Of a DNA stretch of 64,000 bases, positions 19,177 to 28,751 are shown piece by piece. Under the pieces are notes generated by a model. It ran no database searches. It had not been told where the DNA came from and was given only the letters and a program-made list of their open reading frames with translations. The number at the start of each line of letters is the position of its first letter. The first letter of the stretch is position 1. The stretch is from a virus (taxonomy: Duplodnaviria > Caudoviricetes): the IMG/VR virus record IMGVR_UViG_3300009314_000001; one strand, 5' to 3'. The translations under genes and the position numbers were made by a program.

Positions 19177-22100
19177 CTAGTCTCTAGTCCACTGATTCAT
19201 CTCTGAGTCAAGTCCATGTTCTTTTGCTGCTGCCTCCGGCAAATAATTTTGCAGCAGTTCTATAATTTGTGTTACTTCCGTCGTACCAGTTGGAATATTC
19301 TCAACTGCTTCTGCCAATTGACCTAATATACCATTTTGCGTCATCAACAAGACTTTGATTTCTTCTTGTGTTTCATTTTCGCCTTCAGCCGGTGGCATTA
19401 CTTCTACTTGTGTTATTGCTTCAGATCTTATTGCTTCAGTAATACCAGCTTCTTCTGCCCTACGTATCGCTGGGAGAGCCTTAGTATTTATAGCAGTTTC
19501 TATTCTCTCGGAAACACCCTCGAGTCTTGTTGCATATTCCTCTAAGACATATGTTAGGCTTTGCAGGTTCTCCTCTAACCCAGCACCCATATTATCAAAA
19601 CCAGCAACCGCATCACCAAGTCCTTGAAGAACTTCTATTAGTTTATCGGCCGGATCGGCAAAACCATCTATAGCACTACTAAATTCTGTAGATGCTTTCT
19701 CTACGGATTTGGCAACATCTATAGTTGCCGATTCAAAAGCATCAAGTGAATCTAGATCTTTTGCTGCTTCATTCAATTTATTTATAGTTTCGATAAAATC
19801 ATCAGCCGGATCTCCAAATCCTTTTATAGATTCACCAAGATTTCTTATAGATTTAGCTGCAGCTTCTAATTTAGTTCCTAAAGCAGCAAATTTTTGGAAT
19901 TTCGCAACAGGATCTTTGCTAAACCAACCAGCAATCCGCTCCATTATACCACCGGCCAATGCTGTCCCACCAAACCACATAAGGGCATTACCGAGTGCCA
20001 TAATACCAAGAGATACATCTGCTAAATCGGAACTTTTAATCTTGGAAAGATCAACAATACTATCAACAAAGCCTTCAATAAAATCACTTATCGCCCTTAT
20101 AGCTTTAGCAAAGATCTCGAATACACTAGCAACTGCCTGCAAATTATCAAAAGCATATCTCAACCATCGAGAAGCAATGTACAATATGAAAGCGGCAGGA
20201 AGCAATATGAAAGCTGCAGCACCCACAAATATAGCTCCTGTCAGTAGTGGCGCAGCAGCTGCTATTAGAAAACCTGATCCCTTCATCAAGTCCTCTGATA
20301 TCTCAGCGAATTTTATTCCTTCCATCTGCTTAGCACCCTTGCCAAGCATAAATAATCCACCAGCAAGCATCAAAGCACCAGCACCAACAAGATTAGCACC
20401 AATTACAAATGGTATGCCAGCAAGCATTAAATATACAGCTCCCACCATTAACTTATAAGCCATACCAATAAAATCTACATCTTCAAGTGTTTTAGCACCT
20501 TTACCAAGCAAAAACAGACCACCGCCAAGAAGTAAAGCACCAGCACCTACAAGATTAGCACCAATCACAAATGGCAAACCGGCAGCTAGTAACAGCAAAC
20601 CACCAATCATTAACTGGTAAGCCATGGCTACAAAATCAACCCCTTGAAATTCCTTCGCTCCTTTCCCCAATAACAACATTCCGCCACCAAGTAACAAGGC
20701 ACCTATACCGACAAGTGCAGCACCAATCGTAAACGGAACACCAGCAGCCCATAACATTACACCACCAAGTGCTAACTGGCCTGCCATCCAGACAAAATTT
20801 ACTCCTTGAAATTCTTTTGCCCCTTTCCCTAGCAACAACATTCCGCCACCAAGTAATAGGGCACCTATACCAACAAGTGCTGCACCAATAGTAAATGGTA
20901 CACCAGCAGCCCATAGCATGGTACCACCAATTGCCAGCTGGCCTGCCATCCAAACAAAATTGACCCCTTGAAATTCCTTAGCACCCTTCCCAAGTGCTTG
21001 CATTCCAAACCCGAGAAGTAACGCGCCTATCCCAACAAATGTAGCACCTATTGCGAATGGCACACCAGCAGCCCATATCATCGTACCACCGACCATGAGC
21101 TGGAACGCCATACCAATAAAGTCGACACCTTTAAATTCTTTTGCACTCTCGGCAAGTGCTGACATTCCTGTACCGAGTAGCTTAGCCCCAAATCCGATCA
21201 ATATAGCAGCTACAGCAAATAGCGATCCTGCAACTAACAAAGTAACACCAGCATATATAAGCGCCACAGCTATTAACGGCATCAAGAGCATAACTGGTAT
21301 TAATATAAGGACTGCTCCGGTAATCTTCCCGGCCGACTCCCACAATGCAGTAGCAAAATCTTTTATCATATCACCCGAGAGTTTCTCGAGTGCTGTAGCA
21401 AGCATACCTAAAGGTGGACCCAATAGCCATGCGGATATAGCCAGCATGCTCATAGTAGTAGCCAGAACTATAAGTCCTGGAGCACTTATTAAGGCTGCAT
21501 AGGCAAGTATCATCATGCCAGCAGCCACCATCGGCAATTTGACCCATAGTGGCGGAGAATGAGGGCCAATAGCTTCCACAATCATCATGAAAGCTTCAGC
21601 TGCCATCTTTAGACCGGCACCCATTAACCAGGCAGCAGCACCAATCAGAGCTAGAGCACCACCAATAGCCCATAATATTCCCACAACAGGTCCTGCTACA
21701 GGTGCTAATGCTCCTACAGCGGTCACAAGAATATATGTAGCTGCCACCAACAACAATACTCCAATCAGTATAGTATGGAATGGTATATCAACAAGTATTT
21801 TCATACCTTGTGCAAAGAAATACGCACCAGCACCAGCCATCATCAGCGCAGCACCAAGAGCAAGCAATCCTAGAGCATTAGCAGCTGCAGCGCTGCCAAC
21901 AGCTCTTATACCTCTAGCGATACCCCTCATCACTTGATATATAACTTCACCAACAGCTACCGCGAAATCTACAATAAGCCCCAAGAAAGTGCTGATTATA
22001 TTAGCAACACCACTTATAAGCCCAGGAAGTCCGGCAAATCCAAGTGCAAATGAAGTTAATGCCCCAGCAGCTATGATAATCACCATAGCAAGGCCTAACA

Positions 22101-23808
22101 CCATCCCCGCCAAAACTCTCATCCATTTTATTATGAATCCGAGTGGGCCTAATGCATTTTCTAGCCATACTGTGAATTTATGTATACCAGTAATAACACT
22201 AGCTATACCCCATACAACCCACTCAAGAACTACAAGTAATGGATACAAACCCTCGGATATAACTGACAAGATTACACCAAAAGCACCTGCCATTCCTGCT
22301 TTTATTTGGTTCCATTTAGCAGAAGCAGTAGTGTAAGTCTCATTTAGCCTCTTCCTATAATTCAAGTCCGCTGCTAATTTATCATGTAGGGCATCATATG
22401 TCCCTAGCATTTCTACATTGCCTTTGTTTATCTCATTCTGCCTTCTAATCATCATGAGCAAGGCATTTTTATCCATAAAGAGGATCTGCTCAGATAATAA
22501 ATTAAGTCTAGCTTGTTGCTCGGCAGTTAACGTCGTCATCCTATCTATTTGGGTGGCTGCAGGTACTATACTTTTAGCTATTTCAAGTATACCCTCTCCC
22601 ATTTGATTATATCGTTCAGTTGGGTCAGCATTCGGGTCTATACGCAGCTTACCATAGAAAACGGAAGCCTCAATCCCAGTAAGCTTCATCTTCTTCATTA
22701 TATCATCAATAGCAGCAGCTGGGGCTCCCAATTCTTTACCAGCCTTTCTATATCCAGCTTCTGCTAATGTGAATTGTTCTACAGCATCCTGACCGAACAT
22801 AAATGCCATTTCTTGTGCAGTCTCTGTATTACTCTGCATCATACGATTCATGTCATCAGTGCTTAACGCGAATCGTCGTTGCGCTTCTATCAACATTCCT
22901 ATATGTTTAGAAGATCTTTCAGCGTCTGATCCCGCTGCTCGTAGACCACGAGTATACTCTGCAAGCGTACCAGCAGATAATCCAGTTATCCGTTGAGCTC
23001 TTCCAACAGATTTAGCTAATTTGTCTATTTCATTAGTCGGTGTCTTAACATCAGCCAAGGCTTTATAGGCAGCCATTGCATCTTCACGTAAGACACCATA
23101 TCTAGCAGATAGATATCTAGTTCTATTAGTAAGTTGCATCATCGAGTCGTAAACCCGATAATTCGCTTCCTTGAATTTTTCTGCCTCCTCGTCGAATTTC
23201 TGTATAATCCCCCATAATTTACGAGCGGCAGCTACTAATTTACGAAAATGCCCTTCATTCCGCCTCGTATTATCACCTATACGTTCTCCAGCATCACCGA
23301 TCGCCCGTTGTAGTCCTTGTTCTTCAGCTAATAATCTTAACTCATCGGCATGCCCCAAATTTTTCCGTCTTATTGCTTCATTGATATTCTCTAGACCCTT
23401 CAGAGCATCATCCTTGAGGATATCCTCATCTTTCAATATTTCATGTAGATCCTCTACTATATCCTTTTTCTCTTCTAATAATTTTATTTCCTCTTTTAAT
23501 CTGTCAAGATTATCAAGACCTAATTGGTCCATATCACCAAGAGTATCACTAGCACCTACAAAACTCTTCTCGACATCACTCCCACCAAGATTTATATCTT
23601 TAGCAATCCCTGCTATATCACTCAGATTAGTCTTCAGGGCATCAGTAATTCCCTCTATACTACCCAAAGCATTCCTAGCTGCCTCGCTTACCTCATTTTC
23701 CAAATTGGATATACGTTGACTAAAGTCCCCAAGCGCAGCATCTGCCTCCGCCGTCTCAAGGGCTAAAGATACCTGTAGGGCATATACATTCTGGTCAACA
23801 CCGGCCAT
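19177..23808 (-). CDS. Tape measure protein
   Basis: 1543 aa, Ala/Gly/Leu-rich and helical, with a long hydrophobic central region. Located in the tail module. Confidence 0.85.
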   Translation of the reverse strand: MAGVDQNVYALQVSLALETAEADAALGDFSQRISNLENEVSEAARNALGSIEGITDALKTNLSDIAGIAKDINLGGSDVEKSFVGASDTLGDMDQLGLDNLDRLKEEIKLLEEKKDIVEDLHEILKDEDILKDDALKGLENINEAIRRKNLGHADELRLLAEEQGLQRAIGDAGERIGDNTRRNEGHFRKLVAAARKLWGIIQKFDEEAEKFKEANYRVYDSMMQLTNRTRYLSARYGVLREDAMAAYKALADVKTPTNEIDKLAKSVGRAQRITGLSAGTLAEYTRGLRAAGSDAERSSKHIGMLIEAQRRFALSTDDMNRMMQSNTETAQEMAFMFGQDAVEQFTLAEAGYRKAGKELGAPAAAIDDIMKKMKLTGIEASVFYGKLRIDPNADPTERYNQMGEGILEIAKSIVPAATQIDRMTTLTAEQQARLNLLSEQILFMDKNALLMMIRRQNEINKGNVEMLGTYDALHDKLAADLNYRKRLNETYTTASAKWNQIKAGMAGAFGVILSVISEGLYPLLVVLEWVVWGIASVITGIHKFTVWLENALGPLGFIIKWMRVLAGMVLGLAMVIIIAAGALTSFALGFAGLPGLISGVANIISTFLGLIVDFAVAVGEVIYQVMRGIARGIRAVGSAAAANALGLLALGAALMMAGAGAYFFAQGMKILVDIPFHTILIGVLLLVAATYILVTAVGALAPVAGPVVGILWAIGGALALIGAAAWLMGAGLKMAAEAFMMIVEAIGPHSPPLWVKLPMVAAGMMILAYAALISAPGLIVLATTMSMLAISAWLLGPPLGMLATALEKLSGDMIKDFATALWESAGKITGAVLILIPVMLLMPLIAVALIYAGVTLLVAGSLFAVAAILIGFGAKLLGTGMSALAESAKEFKGVDFIGMAFQLMVGGTMIWAAGVPFAIGATFVGIGALLLGFGMQALGKGAKEFQGVNFVWMAGQLAIGGTMLWAAGVPFTIGAALVGIGALLLGGGMLLLGKGAKEFQGVNFVWMAGQLALGGVMLWAAGVPFTIGAALVGIGALLLGGGMLLLGKGAKEFQGVDFVAMAYQLMIGGLLLLAAGLPFVIGANLVGAGALLLGGGLFLLGKGAKTLEDVDFIGMAYKLMVGAVYLMLAGIPFVIGANLVGAGALMLAGGLFMLGKGAKQMEGIKFAEISEDLMKGSGFLIAAAAPLLTGAIFVGAAAFILLPAAFILYIASRWLRYAFDNLQAVASVFEIFAKAIRAISDFIEGFVDSIVDLSKIKSSDLADVSLGIMALGNALMWFGGTALAGGIMERIAGWFSKDPVAKFQKFAALGTKLEAAAKSIRNLGESIKGFGDPADDFIETINKLNEAAKDLDSLDAFESATIDVAKSVEKASTEFSSAIDGFADPADKLIEVLQGLGDAVAGFDNMGAGLEENLQSLTYVLEEYATRLEGVSERIETAINTKALPAIRRAEEAGITEAIRSEAITQVEVMPPAEGENETQEEIKVLLMTQNGILGQLAEAVENIPTGTTEVTQIIELLQNYLPEAAAKEHGLDSEMNQWTRD
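20200..21150 (-). repeat. About 6 tandem 54-aa (162-bp) repeats within the tape measure
   Basis: ccttgaaatt recurs at 20642, 20804 and 20966 (162-bp period). Unit GAKEFQGVNFVWMAGQL..GG.MLWAAGVPFTIGAALVGIGALLLGGGMLLLGK. Boundaries approximate. Confidence 0.9.
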
Positions 23809-23815
23809 GATAACC

Positions 23816-23823
23816 TATATTTG
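23816..23823 (-). promoter_or_regulatory. Putative late promoter motif CAAATATA (tape measure)
   Basis: 7 nt upstream of the tape measure ATG; motif recurs before many late genes. Confidence 0.5.
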
Positions 23824-23926
23824 TTATTAATATATCCCCTTACCAACTCTATGTATTTCACATAATAGGGTTGTCGATTTAACTCCCATTCCCCTGCTTG
23901 TAACATGGCAGTAGGAGGACAACATA

Positions 23927-24286
23927 ATGAAATGGCTCGATGACCTCACAGAATGGCTCAAAGGATTTGGCGATAGGTTACAGCAGAATCCTCGTAGCCT
24001 CGACCAAATCTTCGCAAAGACCGAATGGACGGAAGAAGAGCTGGTCGACTGGATGAACAGGATTCCGAAAGAACACCGTAACCTGATCGCAGTCCGAGCT
24101 ATCGAAGCTCGAGACCAGGGACAAGACCCAGTAGAATTCCTACGCAGGGCTCGTATCGAATATGAAGCCGGTCAAAGAGGGGCCGCAGGCTCCGGAATGT
24201 CCCTCCTAGATCTCTGGTGGGAATACGAATGCGGTGTAGTTGCTGGTGACCTCTTCATGGGCAAATACCTGCCAGATCGAGACTAA
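23927..24286 (+). CDS. Hypothetical protein
   Basis: AGGAGG RBS; 119 aa. Confidence 0.65.
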   Translation: MKWLDDLTEWLKGFGDRLQQNPRSLDQIFAKTEWTEEELVDWMNRIPKEHRNLIAVRAIEARDQGQDPVEFLRRARIEYEAGQRGAAGSGMSLLDLWWEYECGVVAGDLFMGKYLPDRD

Positions 24287-24288
24287 CC

Positions 24289-24471
24289 ATGCATCTAGAA
24301 GTCACACAACCAGATGGGTCCATAGAATATGTGACCCCCACGGACATAGCCCGCGCCAGAATCTTCGCATCTTTCAACGAAGAACTGGCCTGGCTACTGT
24401 CCGCTCTCGATAATTTAACCCCCGGTAAATCCTTGCAACATGGCGGTAGGATTTGGAAACGCGTAAACTAA
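24289..24471 (+). CDS. Hypothetical protein
   Basis: 60-aa ORF directly after the previous gene. Confidence 0.5.
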   Translation: MHLEVTQPDGSIEYVTPTDIARARIFASFNEELAWLLSALDNLTPGKSLQHGGRIWKRVN

Positions 24472-24965
24472 TTTATTCTAGTAACAGCTCTACACCTCTC
24501 CAAGAACTCTCCATCTGTCAAAGTATTCCTAGCCATATTAACCCACCAACACACAAGCCTAATATTATCCCTACTATAGTCCTTTAAACAGTTAATACGA
24601 TCAACCGATATATTAGCATAATGTGAATCAGTAGTCATTGTTAATCCAGTAATTGCACATTTTCCTTCCTGTTCTTGCCATAACTCAACTAAATCGTTAT
24701 AAGTTATTGAACAATTAATGTTCTTACGATGTCTACATTTTTTAATCAACACTTTAAAGCGACCGTGAAGCGTCTGAGCCCATTTTTTCTGGATTTCACT
24801 TATTTTACCAGCATTCTTTTCACGATATCGTTTAGCCTTGTGTCTTCCTTCTGGGCTATTCCGTTTTCTTCTTTTCTTTTCTAAGACATCTTCTCGATTT
24901 TTGAGATACCATTTTCGCCATCTATCCCTTTTTTTCTGTAGATCTATCATCAATACCCTCCACAA
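24468..24965 (-). mobile_element. HNH/His-Me-finger endonuclease
   Basis: GKCAITGLTM...ISVDRINCLKDYSRDNIRLVCWWVNMAR; basic N-terminus. Confidence 0.75.
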
Positions 24966-25377
24966 CTAATTTACACCAATTCCGGAAATCACTGTCAGTC
25001 AACGTATTTCTAGCCATGTTGGCCCATTTACTAACAAATCTAATATTAGATAACTCATAAGGACCATGTGGTCTGATTCTATCGATTGTCACAGCATCTG
25101 GAGATGGTCCGACATGATTATAAGTCATTGGAAGATTGCTTAAAGCACATCTCCCGCCTTGTTGTTCCCACAACAATTCTAAATCTTCAATAGTAATATC
25201 AGTCCCGGCTCGTTTTCTAATATCTTTCAAAAGTTTATTAAACCTACCTCTTACTGTTCTACAGTATTCGTAATGCTTCTTTGCAAGTCTTTCTTTATTT
25301 AATTCTCTATACTTTTTATTCCGATCGAGTTCAGATTGTCGATGTTTCCGATAATATTGTCTTTGTTTAGTACCCAT
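24922..25377 (-). mobile_element. HNH/His-Me-finger endonuclease (paralog of neighbour)
   Basis: GRCALSNLPM...VTIDRIRPHGPYELSNIRFVSKWANMAR. Confidence 0.75.
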
Positions 25378-25494
25378 ATCGTTTGCCCTTTAGTTATTTA
25401 ATACTTCAACATATATTTGCCTAACGTATTTAACTATTAAATCCCACTTGCCACAGTCTAATATCAACAACCTTCAAACTAAAGGAGATAAATA

Positions 25495-26135
25495 ATGGGT
25501 TGGTGTGACAAATAATCCTTGAAGCTGTAGATTGCTTATGTCTCGCCCATTGGGAAACAGGCGGGCTCCCTAGTAATGCTCCATCTGATTTAACAATTCC
25601 AGTAACCAGAACTAATAAGAGAGGGCAAACTCGTCAATATTGGAAATATCGTGCCCAAAGCCATAAGAATAATCATGTTACAGTATGGGTACGCACTGCA
25701 TTAGATAACTATATCTGGACCGCCAATCATGGCTTAGCATTATGCCAAGAATATTATAAGAGATATAACAAAGTCCATAAGACCGAAGAGCACTTATTGT
25801 GGTTCAAGACACATTCACCAGGCATCCCAAAAGGTTCTACCCCATTTAGACAAGCAGTAGCACGTGAACCAATCGACTGTGTCCGTGACGACGTCGTCTT
25901 AGCATATAAATTATATTATGCCTACTATAAGAGTCACCTAGCCAAATGGCGTCATTCAAGACCGCCTGGATGGTATTCTAAAATGCGAGATCTTATAGCG
26001 ATGAAAGCACCAGTATGCGTTGTAGAAGCCGCAGCATATGGTGGTAGTCATAAACCATTACCTCAAGATTCTATGAACTGCCAACATTTACCTAAGACGT
26101 GCCACACCCCTAGTGGAGAACAACTAATAAAATGA
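25495..26135 (+). pseudogene. Pyrimidine-dimer glycosylase (DenV/PF03013-like) family gene, 5'-truncated and frameshifted
   Basis: RBS + ATG gives MGWCDK-stop. The -1 frame from 25512 reads IILEAVDCLCLAH..HKNNHVTVWVR..NYIW..HGLALCQEY.KRY.KVH..TPF.QA..AY..YY..K..LAKW....PGWY. Confidence 0.65.
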
Positions 26136-26202
26136 GCACCGGCTGATCGGGGACATCCGTGACAGCCGGGGCTCGGATCACGGTGGGGTCGGGAGCCCAC
26201 CG
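26134..26202. other. Two GC-rich hairpins between convergent genes (terminator or structured RNA)
   Basis: GAGC-A-CCGGCTG..CAGCCGG-G-GCTC and CGGTGGG..CCCACCG. No U-tract. Confidence 0.5.
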
Positions 26203-26207
26203 GGACC

Positions 26208-26867
26208 TTAGTAGACTGCCTCCTCATATAAGCAGTCATTCTCGACCACAGGCAACTTAGACGGTATAACGTACTTCTTGCACTTCGTACTGTTATCCGC
26301 CTTCCTGAGATTCAAGCCATGTGCCCCGATTAAATCTCCGATTGATCTTGTAGGACCATGGTCATCAACACGTGCTTCATCCCTATCGAACCATTCTTCT
26401 ATTAGATCATCAGGAATAAGAGCGTATACCATTTTTGCAGTTATTATGCTGCCTACTTCATATACACCCTTATCAATCTGTTCTTGAAGCCACTCAGTAA
26501 TATTCGACAAGTTCTTACGTTTCCTAATTGGTATCCGTTCCTCCAGATCAGATAGATCTGTAGCCATGGTCGCACCCTTCTTAAATGACTCCGGGGCTCT
26601 CCATTTTCCGACACCACAGACCTCATCTAGTACGTTTGTTACTGACACAGCAGTAAACGCACCACTCACCTTAGAAAGCCGTTCAACCAACTTGGCAATA
26701 ACTTTTCCGCCTTCTCTGACGGTTTTGCCAACTAACAATTCAGCCATTTTGTCGCAATCTAAAGCTTCCTTGACTTCAGGAATCACAACAAATTTATCCC
26801 TATATCCAAGTGCAAGTCCTTTGACTTTGCTACCTAGATTAGAGACATCAGTAACAGTTTTTCCCAT
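26208..26867 (-). CDS. Hypothetical protein
   Basis: 219 aa; AAGGGG RBS and CAAACCTA upstream. Confidence 0.65.
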   Translation of the reverse strand: MGKTVTDVSNLGSKVKGLALGYRDKFVVIPEVKEALDCDKMAELLVGKTVREGGKVIAKLVERLSKVSGAFTAVSVTNVLDEVCGVGKWRAPESFKKGATMATDLSDLEERIPIRKRKNLSNITEWLQEQIDKGVYEVGSIITAKMVYALIPDDLIEEWFDRDEARVDDHGPTRSIGDLIGAHGLNLRKADNSTKCKKYVIPSKLPVVENDCLYEEAVY

Positions 26868-26987
26868 TGGATATCCCCTTATGAGGTAGGTTTGATTCGG
26901 GGGAGGCTCGCTGCGAACTTCCGAAAACCCGAACCTACTTTATAAATACACAGAAACACCAGAAGTACACAACCGGTATTATTCAGA

Positions 26988-27611
26988 TTACAGACTGATC
27001 TTCAGCTCATCACCAGGCTGACGTCTGTAAACTACCTCAAGAGCGGCCTTGATATGGGCACGATTAGTACCATCGAAATAGAGTGCTCTAGGATGCTCAA
27101 AATATACATTAAATTCATTCTGAGGTAATATAGCTAGGCCTCGTGGCCTACGTCCCAACCAAGCCTCAACATATGGCGGATGATCATCTATAAGGACTTT
27201 CCCATAATCTAGACTTTTGGCGACTACATCATCAGTACCAGTAACTACTCTGATTCCTATATCACCGGTCAAGGTTTCAGGAATCCTTCTATGGCACCAC
27301 TGAACTTTCTCTTGCCATGCTAAAGGACACCAAGACGGTCCTTTGGTAAGAATATGAATACTAAATCCTATTTCCTTAAGCATTTCCAGCACCATAAATC
27401 CAAGATGGAGTGTCTCCAATTCCTCCCACCATCCTGGTGTATTAACAATAGCCTTCCGACGCGCTTCAAGATGTCGTGGTAGACTATGAAGATCAGAATG
27501 CCGAAGAGTTTCACCAGGACCTGACATAGCCATAAGATCCCGATATAAGGCCTTTTCATAGTCAGCTAAAGTGCCGTCCATATCAACTAGTGCTATCTGA
27601 TTACCGTCCAT
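26988..27611 (-). CDS. HAD-family 5'(3')-deoxyribonucleotidase-like protein
   Basis: ALVDMDGTLAD, IHILTKGP, KVQWC, VLIDDHP. Confidence 0.8.
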   Translation of the reverse strand: MDGNQIALVDMDGTLADYEKALYRDLMAMSGPGETLRHSDLHSLPRHLEARRKAIVNTPGWWEELETLHLGFMVLEMLKEIGFSIHILTKGPSWCPLAWQEKVQWCHRRIPETLTGDIGIRVVTGTDDVVAKSLDYGKVLIDDHPPYVEAWLGRRPRGLAILPQNEFNVYFEHPRALYFDGTNRAHIKAALEVVYRRQPGDELKISL

Positions 27612-28722
27612 CTCTCTTTTTGGCCTCTTGAACTTCTGATCGGAATCGAACTAAATCATCAACAGTTAGCTTCTTCAACTGTCTATCGTATAACCGTCTA
27701 ACCTCGGACAGCGTTAATTTCAATTCAGTAATACATTCGTTCCAGTCCTTTATTACCATGTTCTTCCCGTCCTTCTTATATGGTATAGAAGGAGGAAGAC
27801 TAAACCATATTGGAAACCTGAGATTGCGTAGTAATAATTGATTCTCAATAATACTCTTTTTACCAGCTATATCATTATCGGGCGAGAGTATTATTCTCTC
27901 CTTAGGACCTAATAATTTAATCTTTTTGACCTGATTAGGACTTAGTGATGCACCTCCTGAAGCCAGTACTTGCTCTCCCAATGTGTTCTGATCAAATATC
28001 GATTCGGTAATAATAACATATCTAGCAGGTTCAATATCATCAAAACCATATAAATAATCTGCTCTGCCACCCTCCATCTTCCCAGTAATATTATCTTCAT
28101 TATCATATTCATATAAATCCGGGAATTCAAATCTCTTATTAATCCTCGATCGGCTTTGCCAATATACTAAGTCATCGAATTCATAGTATGGCCAATAAAC
28201 ATCCATCCCTAAGTAGTATAATTCGTGAGTCTCTATCCCCTCGTCAGTATAACCTCTAGACCGCAACCAACCCTTCAGAATATTAGCTTGAGGATCTTCC
28301 GCCGACCAAAGTAGCCTCGTGCCCCCAGGAAGGCTTACGGAAACGGTTTTCTTGGCCTCTGAGGCACCGGGCCGGTTTTCGGGCCTCATGTAAAGAGAAA
28401 CGCTCCCCGTGTCTCCGAGAACCTCGGAGAGGGCATCCTTCATAGAGCATTTCCGATAGACCCGGACGAATCTGATAAATGAGCAATTACGCTTACCAGT
28501 CCTAGGATTTATTGGACCGGCCCATTCATCCCCATGCCAAGAGTGGCAGACACCTTTATCAGGATTTATTTGGAAGCGGAATCTTGTATCGCCGTCGAAT
28601 GGGTCGCATATTTGATATTCCGCACCACCTTTGCGTACTTTATACTCGAAGTTTCGCTCTACCCAAGCGATAATTCTATTCGGTGGTATTTTCTTGTAGG
28701 CATGGTCAGGCATACATTTCAA
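27601..28722 (-). CDS. DNA primase (Toprim)
   Basis: YWQSRS, YLYGFD, VIITESIFDQ, ILSPDNDIAG, IKDWNE. Degenerate Zn-binding N-terminus. Confidence 0.8.
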   Translation of the reverse strand: MKCMPDHAYKKIPPNRIIAWVERNFEYKVRKGGAEYQICDPFDGDTRFRFQINPDKGVCHSWHGDEWAGPINPRTGKRNCSFIRFVRVYRKCSMKDALSEVLGDTGSVSLYMRPENRPGASEAKKTVSVSLPGGTRLLWSAEDPQANILKGWLRSRGYTDEGIETHELYYLGMDVYWPYYEFDDLVYWQSRSRINKRFEFPDLYEYDNEDNITGKMEGGRADYLYGFDDIEPARYVIITESIFDQNTLGEQVLASGGASLSPNQVKKIKLLGPKERIILSPDNDIAGKKSIIENQLLLRNLRFPIWFSLPPSIPYKKDGKNMVIKDWNECITELKLTLSEVRRLYDRQLKKLTVDDLVRFRSEVQEAKKRDGR

Positions 28723-28751
28723 ATACCCTGACAGTGCCTAGCATGATTAGA

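Noticed and set aside
20200-21150. Diversity-generating retroelement TR/VR pair
   Set aside because: No reverse transcriptase in the window. The repeats are in-frame tandem units, and adenine-specific divergence is not evident.
19336-23766. Plus-strand ORFs inside the tape measure (e.g. 19709-20458, 23171-23719) and similar shadows in other long genes
   Set aside because: They are antisense shadows of real genes, with no RBS or recognisable motifs.
26134-26174. Hammerhead ribozyme
   Set aside because: CTGATCG does not match the CUGAUGA core, and there is no GAAA in the right place.
26941-26948. T4-type TATAAATA late promoter (also 53242-53249 on minus)
   Set aside because: Only two noticed. 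This one points into the end of a convergent gene and the other overlaps a start codon, so CAAANNTA fits the late genes better.
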